Shown here: positions 8,984 through 17,077 of the stretch, in pieces
How positions within the stretch are numbered: the stretch's first letter is position 1
How the letters are laid out: every line of letters starts with the position of its first letter
Translations under genes and position numbers: made by a program
Assembly: GCA_041678455.1 (NCBI GenBank)
Contig: JBAYOH010000002.1
Location: forward strand, 4,482 to 68,481
DNA length: 64,000 nucleotides
Direction of reading: 5' to 3'
Source of the DNA: Methanofastidiosum sp.
GTDB taxonomy: Archaea; Methanobacteriota_B; Thermococci; Methanofastidiosales; Methanofastidiosaceae
Notes under the pieces: generated by a model
The model's database searches: none
What the model saw: the letters and a program-made list of their open reading frames with translations, nothing else
What the model was told of the DNA's origin: nothing

Positions 8984-10173
8984 TATAGACCCCTCCTAAT
9001 TAAACTCTTAACATCTTCTTCTGTGAAAATCCTCTCTTTACCATTTTCAACTACTATTGCTCTATTAGTGCAAGCCAAACATGGATCACAACTTGCCATG
9101 GTAAGCATACCATCAGTTAATTGATCCCCTATGCATGCAACTTCCATTGATGCTAAAGCTGTAAGGGTTGGAGTTCTGTTTTGATAACTTCTAATTCTTC
9201 CAGTTTCATCAAGAGATAATGAATCGTAAATCTCCCCTCTTGGAGCTTCTATATAAGAATTTGAGAATTTCATTTCCTTCAGCTCAAAACTTCTGTTTGA
9301 GATAGGTCCAGAAGGTAAGGATTCAAGTGCTTGTTCAATAATTTTTATAGCTTCAATAGATTCAAGTGCTCTAGCGACAACTCTGTCCTTATTATCTCCA
9401 TCATCTAGAACTATGGCGTTGAAATCGTAATTCTTATATTCTTTCATTTTTTTTCTAAGATCTACATTCCATCCGCTTGCTCTGCCAGTTGGCCCTGGCG
9501 TACAATATTTCTCAGCTTCTTCTTTAGTCAATACTCCGCTTCCTTTTACCCTTGACATTATCATTGAATCATTGACAACTCTGTTTGCATAATCTGCAAT
9601 TTTAAGTTTTAACTTTGGTAATCTTGTCATTAATTCATTCATTCTGTATTCATCAATGTCGCATCTTGGTCTTATTCCACCGATTATAGGTACTGCATAA
9701 TGCACTCTATTACCTGAGATAATATAAAGAAGATCCATTACGTCTTCCCTTAATGTAAACGCTCTCATGCACATTGTTTCGTGTCCTAAAACTTCCATTG
9801 CATGTGCTAAATAAATTAAGTGACTGTGAAGTCTCTCAAGTTCGGCCATTATAACCCTTATAGCGTCTGCTCTTTCTGGAACTTTAATCTTGAGCCCTCT
9901 TTCAACGGCCCTTGTACCATTCCAAAGATGTATATGAGAGCATATACCACATATTCTCTCAGTTATAATAAGACCTTTATGAACAGGCATTCCTTCCATG
10001 ATTCTCTCTATACCTTTATGATATGGATCAAGAGTAAGTTCACAATCTACGATTAGTTCATCATCTACAAAGAATCTTGCTCTGTATGGTTCTAGCATTG
10101 CAGGATGTAAAAGACCTACCGGAACTTCAACTTCTGCTTTCTCTCTTCTTTTATTATCTCCCACTATTATCAC
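8983..10173 (-). CDS. Group-4 [NiFe] hydrogenase large subunit (NuoD/EchE/EhbN-like)
   Basis: N-terminal Ni-binding motif RICGICSHIH and C-terminal DPCLACTNR. Confidence 0.85.
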   Translation of the reverse strand: MIIVGDNKRREKAEVEVPVGLLHPAMLEPYRARFFVDDELIVDCELTLDPYHKGIERIMEGMPVHKGLIITERICGICSHIHLWNGTRAVERGLKIKVPERADAIRVIMAELERLHSHLIYLAHAMEVLGHETMCMRAFTLREDVMDLLYIISGNRVHYAVPIIGGIRPRCDIDEYRMNELMTRLPKLKLKIADYANRVVNDSMIMSRVKGSGVLTKEEAEKYCTPGPTGRASGWNVDLRKKMKEYKNYDFNAIVLDDGDNKDRVVARALESIEAIKIIEQALESLPSGPISNRSFELKEMKFSNSYIEAPRGEIYDSLSLDETGRIRSYQNRTPTLTALASMEVACIGDQLTDGMLTMASCDPCLACTNRAIVVENGKERIFTEEDVKSLIRRGL

Positions 10174-10613
10174 CTCTCCAATAATAAAGGTATGCCTGCT
10201 GCAATTCCTGCAATAATATCTTCAGGCCTTGCTGGGCATCCAGGAATATAAGCATCTACTGGTATTACTTCATCTACTCTGCAAACAACTTCATCGCTAT
10301 CCCCAAGCTCTCCGCCAAAATCTTTAAATATTCCACATCTAATTCCGCACGATCCAACTGCGGCAACTATTTTCGGTTCTGGTATAGCCTCATAAATTTT
10401 CTTTAATGGTTCAATGGTTCTTCTTAAAACAGGTCCAGTGACAGCAAGTACATCTGCCTCTCTTGGGTTCCAAGTTAGGATTACTTTGTATTGTTCAAGA
10501 TCATACCTAGGTGACCATGCAACATTTGCAACTTCAATGTCACACCCGTTACACCCACCTGTATAGAACAACATGACATGAATGGCATTCTTTCTAGAAA
10601 TTTTCTTAAACAT
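10170..10613 (-). CDS. [NiFe] hydrogenase small subunit (NuoB/EchC/EhbM-like)
   Basis: Cys ligands CNGCDIEV, GSCGIRCG and GCPARP. The likely start is the internal Met of the 10170..10667 ORF. Confidence 0.8.
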   Translation of the reverse strand: MFKKISRKNAIHVMLFYTGGCNGCDIEVANVAWSPRYDLEQYKVILTWNPREADVLAVTGPVLRRTIEPLKKIYEAIPEPKIVAAVGSCGIRCGIFKDFGGELGDSDEVVCRVDEVIPVDAYIPGCPARPEDIIAGIAAGIPLLLER

Positions 10614-10623
10614 TTTTACACCT

Positions 10624-11106
10624 CTACTCCTCGAAATATTTTGAGGCATCCTTAGCCATATAATCAACTATTTCTTTTATTTTATTTTCATTCAATTTAA
10701 TTGGTTCAATTAACAGCTTTGCAGGATCAGCTTTGAATTCACCAACTTCTCTTGGGTGAATTGCTCCAGGTTTTCCATAGAAAGCATATATTGGACAGTT
10801 ATCGTGACACCAAAAACAATATAAGCATTTTAAAGGGTCATATTTTGGCATTTGAGTTTTAGTGTATCCTTTTACTATCTGAACTGGTTTATCAATTGGT
10901 ACCATTGTTATTGCTTCAACTGGACAGATATTAGCGCAGCCGCCACAGCCAATACAAGATTCGTCATTAATGGCTTGAGGGTATTTGACCTCTCCTTGTA
11001 ATATCGAATTTCTTATGTCTTTACTAGTTACCCTATCGGCAGCAAAAAGGATTCTAAGGATATTTACATAAAAACCCTTTAGTAATATTAAGAAAATACT
11101 TCTCAT
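10624..11106 (-). CDS. 2x[4Fe-4S] ferredoxin subunit (NuoI/EhbL-like)
   Basis: CIGCGGCANICP and CLYCFWCHDNCP. Confidence 0.75.
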   Translation of the reverse strand: MRSIFLILLKGFYVNILRILFAADRVTSKDIRNSILQGEVKYPQAINDESCIGCGGCANICPVEAITMVPIDKPVQIVKGYTKTQMPKYDPLKCLYCFWCHDNCPIYAFYGKPGAIHPREVGEFKADPAKLLIEPIKLNENKIKEIVDYMAKDASKYFEE

Positions 11107-12086
11107 TATTTAGACCTCCCGTTAATAGTTTTATCTTCAAACTCTGTTTGAACATTAATGGCGTAAGCTGGACAAATATTATCACATGCACCACATCTAA
11201 TGCATTTTTTCATGTCAAAGACAAGTTTTTTGGACTTGACAGATATTGCGTTAGATGGACAAATTTTAACACACTGCTCACACATTATACATAAATCATC
11301 ATTGTAAGTAAGTGTTCCTCCCTTGATCTCTTTGTGGTCTCTTGTCTTTCGTGGAAGACATTGCACGGGGCAATATGCGCCACATGTTTCACACATAACA
11401 CACTTTTCAAGGTTTACTCTGAATCCGTTCAGATCAACTTCAATGCATTTAGTTGGGCATACTTCTTTACAAATACCACATTTAATACATCCTTCATGTT
11501 CGCCCTGCCATTCTCTATAGTTTAGTTTAATTGCGTCTTTTTTACAAACAGTTGTGCAAATACCACATAGAATACAGTGCCCTGTGAACATCTTTTCTCT
11601 TTCACTTATTTTAATTTTTGTCGGACAAGCTTTAACACAAAGATTACAATTAATACATTTTACAGAATCAAATCGGATTCTTCCGCCTTCCCATTTTAAA
11701 GCGTCTGTGGGGCAAGCTTCAACACATAGCCCACATTGATTACAATAATATAGATTTCTTTTTGATTCGCCTTTATTGATAAAAGGCCTATGATCTTTTA
11801 TTGTAATAGCATTATTAATACATTTTCTAACACAGGTATAACATGAGACACATTTACCATAATCGATGAACGAATTTTTTATTGCGCCTACTGGGCATAC
11901 GTCCATACATACATCACAATGAGTGCAAACTCCAGGTGTTGCTTCATATTTTATTGCATTTGCAGGGCAGTAGTAGGTACATCTGCCTCCTTTGTCGCAT
12001 CTCTTTTCGTCTATGGCTATACTTAAGAGCTTGGCTTTTCCCTTTGTTTGTATTGGGCCTCCGTCTCTATCTTTCTGCTTTGACAT
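11106..12086 (-). CDS. Polyferredoxin with about 10 [4Fe-4S] motifs (EhbK/EhaP-like)
   Basis: Ten CxxCxxCxxxC(P) motifs in 326 aa. Confidence 0.8.
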   Translation of the reverse strand: MSKQKDRDGGPIQTKGKAKLLSIAIDEKRCDKGGRCTYYCPANAIKYEATPGVCTHCDVCMDVCPVGAIKNSFIDYGKCVSCYTCVRKCINNAITIKDHRPFINKGESKRNLYYCNQCGLCVEACPTDALKWEGGRIRFDSVKCINCNLCVKACPTKIKISEREKMFTGHCILCGICTTVCKKDAIKLNYREWQGEHEGCIKCGICKEVCPTKCIEVDLNGFRVNLEKCVMCETCGAYCPVQCLPRKTRDHKEIKGGTLTYNDDLCIMCEQCVKICPSNAISVKSKKLVFDMKKCIRCGACDNICPAYAINVQTEFEDKTINGRSK

Positions 12087-12475
12087 TACTTCTTCACCTC
12101 TTCAATAGTCATTGACTCAAGATTAAATCTAAGCTTCCCTTCAACATTTACCCTGGCACCGGTAGGGCAAACATCTCTGCATACGTTGCACATTGCACAT
12201 ATTCCCTGTGGAACTCTTTTGTCCTTGTACTTTACCATTTTGATAACACTAACAGGGCAATTCTTTTCACAAATAGAACACCCAATACATTTCTCTTTAT
12301 CAACTATATACCCGCCATATCTATTCTTGAATATAGCGTCTACAGGACATACGTCCATACATTTTCCACATGTAACACAACTGAAAGCTTTATCATTTAT
12401 TATCTTGATACTATTTGTAGGACAAGCTTCTACACATGCTTTAATTAGAGTACATTTATCAGTAGTAATGTACAT
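12086..12475 (-). CDS. 4x[4Fe-4S] ferredoxin
   Basis: Four CxxCxxCxxxCP motifs in 129 aa. Confidence 0.75.
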   Translation of the reverse strand: MYITTDKCTLIKACVEACPTNSIKIINDKAFSCVTCGKCMDVCPVDAIFKNRYGGYIVDKEKCIGCSICEKNCPVSVIKMVKYKDKRVPQGICAMCNVCRDVCPTGARVNVEGKLRFNLESMTIEEVKK

Positions 12476-12476
12476 T

Positions 12477-12755
12477 TTATTGCCTCCTTATTATAATCAT
12501 TATGAACATTCCAATGATTGCTGAGAAGAAGGCTTCAGAGAATCTGATTACATGACCAAAAAGAGTCCATTGGTAATCAGGATACGTACCTAATGCCATA
12601 GCTATTAAGATCCCAGATATTAAAACTATTGGATAAACTGCTTTATCGATTTCTTCAAAATCAAATTTGTATCCAATAAGTAACCCATAGATTAATCCAA
12701 ATAATATAGGGCCCCACTGATTGGCAAGCCCTAAAGCCGCTACTTCGCTACTCAT
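12477..12755 (-). CDS. Small hydrogenase membrane subunit
   Basis: 92 aa with two or three TM helices, inside the operon. Confidence 0.5.
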   Translation of the reverse strand: MSSEVAALGLANQWGPILFGLIYGLLIGYKFDFEEIDKAVYPIVLISGILIAMALGTYPDYQWTLFGHVIRFSEAFFSAIIGMFIMIIIRRQ

Positions 12756-13548
12756 CTTTCTTCGCCTCCATCAAGAACATAGCTATTAGAGAAAGACCTG
12801 CAAGTACGTTGAACCCTACTCCAATGTTGAGGTAAGGCAATACTCCAGGATGTGTTGGGTCGGGATAATCTAGGATATTATCCCAGCCAAAAGCTCCGAT
12901 ATTTATTATTTGATATGGATCGACACCAGTGTTATATAAGTAGTAACCAGTTCCATGGTAATATGCCGAAAATACTAGTCCAACAACCCCGGTTAATAAG
13001 AAGATAAGCGCCCCTATAGTTGAAAGGTTAACGAGGAACTTATGCGTAAATCTAAATGGTGTTTTCTTAAGACCATATATTACAACACTCAAGAAATATC
13101 CTGTAGCTATAACAGATCCTCCTGGGAAACCTCCACCAGGGGTAATATGCCCTCCGAGAACTATTGTAGCTCCAAAAGCTACAAGTATCATTGACATTGG
13201 AAAAGCAGTTAATTTTTGGATGACTGTTGATTTCTCAGTCATTTGAAGGCTTTCCTTTTTCTTATATGCTTCTTTTATGGATCCCCATCCGAAAACCATT
13301 GTGGTTGTAATTACAGCAGTAATTAGAATAAAAGTTTCGCCTAGGGTATCATATCCTCTGAAATCGAATAGTATCACAGTTATTATATTTGGTGCTATAT
13401 TACCACTGTATAAATTATAGAGATGGCTCATTCCTGGGATAATTGAATCACTAAATATGTACATGGTTCTCATTATTAAGAATGAAATCAAAAGTAATGA
13501 AATCCCCATAAGAATATTTCTTCCCTCTTCAAATTCACTAGTTTTCAT
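12748..13548 (-). CDS. Hydrogenase membrane subunit (Mrp/Mbh-like)
   Basis: 266-aa polytopic membrane protein inside the operon. Confidence 0.55.
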   Translation of the reverse strand: MKTSEFEEGRNILMGISLLLISFLIMRTMYIFSDSIIPGMSHLYNLYSGNIAPNIITVILFDFRGYDTLGETFILITAVITTTMVFGWGSIKEAYKKKESLQMTEKSTVIQKLTAFPMSMILVAFGATIVLGGHITPGGGFPGGSVIATGYFLSVVIYGLKKTPFRFTHKFLVNLSTIGALIFLLTGVVGLVFSAYYHGTGYYLYNTGVDPYQIINIGAFGWDNILDYPDPTHPGVLPYLNIGVGFNVLAGLSLIAMFLMEAKKDE

Positions 13549-13872
13549 TTAAATCAACACCCCCGAGCCAGCGAAGAATACTATTAGTATCACGGCTATA
13601 GTCAAGACTACATAAAAACTTGTTAGGTTAATCGAATCTGTGTTTTCTTTTTCTACCCGAAATACAGTTGGTACGGTAAATAAGATTGCAGCTAATATTA
13701 CCAATGATCCAAGGGCAAAAAGCACTGAATTTGCAGTGCGTAAAACTAGCATTCCAGCAATCAAGATAGAAGATATCATCAAGAACTCAGATGTAAATCC
13801 ACTACCGATACCAAACCCCTTGCCTTTATGTTCCATTCTTTCGTGGAAGATTTCATAAATTTTATCTAACAA
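13549..13872 (-). CDS. Small hydrogenase membrane subunit (MrpC/NuoK-like)
   Basis: 107 aa with three TM helices. Confidence 0.5.
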   Translation of the reverse strand: MLDKIYEIFHERMEHKGKGFGIGSGFTSEFLMISSILIAGMLVLRTANSVLFALGSLVILAAILFTVPTVFRVEKENTDSINLTSFYVVLTIAVILIVFFAGSGVLI

Positions 13873-13876
13873 CTAA

Positions 13877-15343
13877 TCACACCCCCAGGGAAACAATAAT
13901 ATTGTATATTGGATCATATACCATATTTGGGAATAGACCTATGAACAAACACATTGCTATTAAAATAACAATAATAGTTTTGTACATTGTTCCTTTGACT
14001 TTTGGATCGGCTTCTGTATTTGTACTGGGTTTCATGAATATCATATAAAATGCTTTAATTACTGCTATGAAAGTTGCTACACTCAAAAGAATAACAAGAA
14101 CACTGAGCTCTGCGTATCCAGCTTCTACTGCAGATTGAATTAGTCTAAATTCACTTTGATATGAGTTAAATGGTGGAACTCCAGATATTGCAAGAGTAGC
14201 AAGAAACATTATCGTCCCAATTAAGGGGGCTTTTTGTAGCCCTTCACCTAATTGATCAAGCTTTGTAGTTTTATATGATTCAAGAATGAATCCAGCTACA
14301 AAAAACAGAATTGCCATACTCAACACATCATTAATTGCATGGAAAATACCAGCTGAAATGCTGAAACTTGTTCCTAATCCAATACCCATTGCTACGAGTC
14401 CTGCTTGCCCTACTGCAACAAATGAAAGGAGTTTTCGAAGATCAGTTTGCTGCAAAGCCATTACAGACCCTATAACTACAGTAAATATCGCAAATCCTAG
14501 CATTACTGACTTTAGAAGGGCGTATCCTGAAAAAATCCTAAGTAATGCAATTGACATCGCAACTAAGATGAACTTAGATTGTAACTGTAATAATGCTGCT
14601 GTTTCAGGCATTGCATTTTCGTACATATTGGATTTAACTATGTGAAACGGGAAAAGTCCAGATTCATAAAGCCAACCTACTGTAATAAGTGCTATTGCTG
14701 TTAATGCTACTGGTTTGAGAGCTCCTCCTGCTGTTATGGCATTAGACAAATCAGTCATGTTCAACAATCCATATACGCCTAAAAGTAATGCTATTCCAAG
14801 AAGTATAGATCCTCCAGAAACGCTACTGAATATCATATACTTAAATGCAGCTTTATGTGCTTTTGTTTCTTTAACTGCAATTACCAATGCAGCTTGAGCT
14901 ACCGTCAAGACTTCTATGAAAACAAAGAAATTAAAGAAATCATCTGTAAGGATAATCGCACTTACAGAAGCTAAACTTATAAAAATCATGGCGACATAAA
15001 CGCCCGAAATAAGTTTTCTATTGATAGACAAAAACACTACAAAAACGGTCATTAAAGTTAATAATGCAAGTAGTATTTTCTGTAAAGGCCCATAGGCATA
15101 TACTATTCCCATATAAACATCTGGAATCAAGAGTTTTGATATTTCTGGGAAACTTTCTGTACGAATATGACCGCTAAAAAGGTGGACACCATATAGAGTT
15201 ATCAAGGGAATAATGATAGCTACTATTGAAGATATTATCGCTATAGTTTTTACCGACCTATCCTTCTGATGTAAGAAGTTAGCCAATATTGCTGCGATTA
15301 ATGGAAATACTACCATCAATGGAATTAAAGTGCTGTTAAACAT
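13877..15343 (-). CDS. Antiporter-like membrane subunit (MrpD/NuoL-M-N family, MbhH/EhbF-like)
   Basis: 488 aa with about 14 TM helices. It has the NuoL/MrpD family look, for example GGALKPVALTA. Confidence 0.7.
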   Translation of the reverse strand: MFNSTLIPLMVVFPLIAAILANFLHQKDRSVKTIAIISSIVAIIIPLITLYGVHLFSGHIRTESFPEISKLLIPDVYMGIVYAYGPLQKILLALLTLMTVFVVFLSINRKLISGVYVAMIFISLASVSAIILTDDFFNFFVFIEVLTVAQAALVIAVKETKAHKAAFKYMIFSSVSGGSILLGIALLLGVYGLLNMTDLSNAITAGGALKPVALTAIALITVGWLYESGLFPFHIVKSNMYENAMPETAALLQLQSKFILVAMSIALLRIFSGYALLKSVMLGFAIFTVVIGSVMALQQTDLRKLLSFVAVGQAGLVAMGIGLGTSFSISAGIFHAINDVLSMAILFFVAGFILESYKTTKLDQLGEGLQKAPLIGTIMFLATLAISGVPPFNSYQSEFRLIQSAVEAGYAELSVLVILLSVATFIAVIKAFYMIFMKPSTNTEADPKVKGTMYKTIIVILIAMCLFIGLFPNMVYDPIYNIIVSLGV

Positions 15344-15754
15344 TTAGTCCTCCTCCATACTTTCAAAAATCTTCTGCACACTAAGGGTATTGTACTTATG
15401 ATATAAAACGACTGAAAGGGCAAGCATTACCGAAAGTGTTGATGCACCAATGACAATATTTGTTAGAACTAAAGCAAAGGGCAATGGATAAGATGCTAAC
15501 TCTGCAAATTCATTAAAAGCTAAGAAATGGGAGAAAGTTGAAGGAACTGCAGTAGCATGGAAATGATGAGTAACCTCTGGAACTAATCCTCCGGGCCTGT
15601 AACCGATTCCAATTAGTACTAAATTAACCCCATCACCAATAAGATTTGCACCTATTACTTTTTTTAATAAATTGTCCATCATTATAATAGCCCATAGACC
15701 AGTAACGATGAGGACTCCTGCAGTAAGAAATGAACCTACTTGGAACGGATCCAT
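15344..15754 (-). CDS. MrpB/MnhB-like membrane subunit
   Basis: 136 aa with four TM helices, in the Mrp module. Confidence 0.55.
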   Translation of the reverse strand: MDPFQVGSFLTAGVLIVTGLWAIIMMDNLLKKVIGANLIGDGVNLVLIGIGYRPGGLVPEVTHHFHATAVPSTFSHFLAFNEFAELASYPLPFALVLTNIVIGASTLSVMLALSVVLYHKYNTLSVQKIFESMEED

Positions 15755-16038
15755 TACTCATCCCTCCCTTTTGATGTTTTATACAAAGCTACAATAAATA
15801 ATCCCGGTATCAAAGCGGAACCAAGAATTGCCTGTGTGGCGGCCACATCAGTTGCAAGTAAAAAATGGTATATGGCAGCTAGTGAAAAACTTTCAAATCC
15901 AAGAATAATAATACTCTTGTAAAGATTTTCTTGAATTATTGCCATTAATGCGGATAATGCAACTACAAACAATAAAATATAATCAAACATCAGCTTCAGC
16001 CTCCTTAAGATCTGCCCATGAAATTGAGTGAACGGCAA
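15754..16038 (-). CDS. MbhD/DUF4040-like membrane subunit
   Basis: 94 aa with three TM helices. It overlaps the next gene in another frame. Confidence 0.45.
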   Translation of the reverse strand: MPFTQFHGQILRRLKLMFDYILLFVVALSALMAIIQENLYKSIIILGFESFSLAAIYHFLLATDVAATQAILGSALIPGLFIVALYKTSKGRDE

Positions 16039-16270
16039 ACGGCATCATGAAGAAATGGGCTAAAGCGGCTAATATAGCAACTGGGTTACCCAAAAATAGG
16101 ATAACTAGCATACATACTACGTCCATTATACCTAATATGTGAAGTCTTGCATAGACTATATTCTTCCTTTGACCAAATCTAAATAAACCCAACCCTACTG
16201 CTATTAGTGCTAATCCAGCTAGCAAAAAAACGTAAGGTAACAATATTTCTGTATAAGAAAAAATGTTCAT
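15983..16270 (-). CDS. MrpG/MnhG-like subunit
   Basis: YARLHILG matches the MnhG RLHA motif. Confidence 0.6.
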   Translation of the reverse strand: MNIFSYTEILLPYVFLLAGLALIAVGLGLFRFGQRKNIVYARLHILGIMDVVCMLVILFLGNPVAILAALAHFFMMPFAVHSISWADLKEAEADV

Positions 16271-16596
16271 TCCGCTATCCCCCCTCTGAAGAATCTTGCC
16301 ATAATCAATGTTCCTATTGGCCCTAACAGGAGAAGATAAATTGCAATATCAGAAAAATAAGGTATGCCATAAAGTTTTCCAACTACCATGAAACCCGTGG
16401 CAACTCCAATTTCTGCAGCTCCTGCTCCAACCAAAGAATTACAAACTCCTCTAAAAGTAGTTACTCTTAATCCAGCCATAACAGATACTGCAAGACCTAT
16501 GAGCAATACGTAGACATAATACTCTTCGAGATGCAGTAAATAACCAATTAAAAAAATCACTATAACTGACAAGTATAATAAATGATTGTTATTCAT
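16267..16596 (-). CDS. MrpF/MnhF-like subunit
   Basis: 109 aa with three TM helices, between the MrpE-like and MrpG-like genes. Confidence 0.55.
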   Translation of the reverse strand: MNNNHLLYLSVIVIFLIGYLLHLEEYYVYVLLIGLAVSVMAGLRVTTFRGVCNSLVGAGAAEIGVATGFMVVGKLYGIPYFSDIAIYLLLLGPIGTLIMARFFRGGIAE

Positions 16597-16914
16597 TTAA
16601 TCCTCCACCATCTTTTTTATCCATCCTTCAAATGGAATGACGTCCTTTTGGCTTCTTGGGGATATCACAGCAACAAGTAATTTTTGTTTTTCTGGAAACA
16701 CATCAATAGTAAGAGTTCCAGGGGTCAGTGTGATACTGTTAGCTAGAATTGTCATAGAAACAGGCCTCTTAAGCACGGTATCTATTTCCATTAATACTGG
16801 ATCAATTTTCCCATTAAGGCATTGAATAACTGTGTCTCGAGCCGAAACAATAATATAATATACCAAGCCTATAAAATAGATAATACCCCAAAATGGTCTT
16901 AAAGCTTTACTCAT
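16597..16914 (-). CDS. MrpE/MnhE-like subunit, first gene of the hydrogenase operon
   Basis: TLTPGT is the MrpE signature. A TATA box lies upstream. Confidence 0.65.
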   Translation of the reverse strand: MSKALRPFWGIIYFIGLVYYIIVSARDTVIQCLNGKIDPVLMEIDTVLKRPVSMTILANSITLTPGTLTIDVFPEKQKLLVAVISPRSQKDVIPFEGWIKKMVED

Positions 16915-16955
16915 TTTTACACCTTCGGAATTTGAGTAGAAGGTTTATTCATAGT

Positions 16956-16963
16956 TTATAAAT
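16956..16963 (-). promoter_or_regulatory. TATA box TTTATAAA for the hydrogenase operon
   Basis: Archaeal TATA-like octamer about 42 nt upstream of the first ATG at 16914. Confidence 0.4.
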
Positions 16964-17039
16964 GTTTCGTCAATCGTTAATCAGCGATTTTAATTCTAAA
17001 AAATTTCTTGATAAAATAAACATAAGATTAATAAAAACC

Positions 17040-17047
17040 TTTAAATA
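17040..17047 (+). promoter_or_regulatory. TATA box TTTAAATA with a purine-rich BRE for leuS
   Basis: About 34 nt upstream of the leuS ATG at 17078, which implies a short leader. Confidence 0.45.
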
Positions 17048-17077
17048 TAGCCTAAAAACGTGTTTTAAATAAGGTAG

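Noticed and set aside
15754-16270. The overlapping ORFs 15754..16038 and 15983..16270 as one frameshifted gene.
   Set aside because: Each has the features of a distinct Mrp/Mbh small subunit (a DUF4040-like protein and an MnhG-like protein with an RLH motif). Overlap of small subunits is common in these operons.
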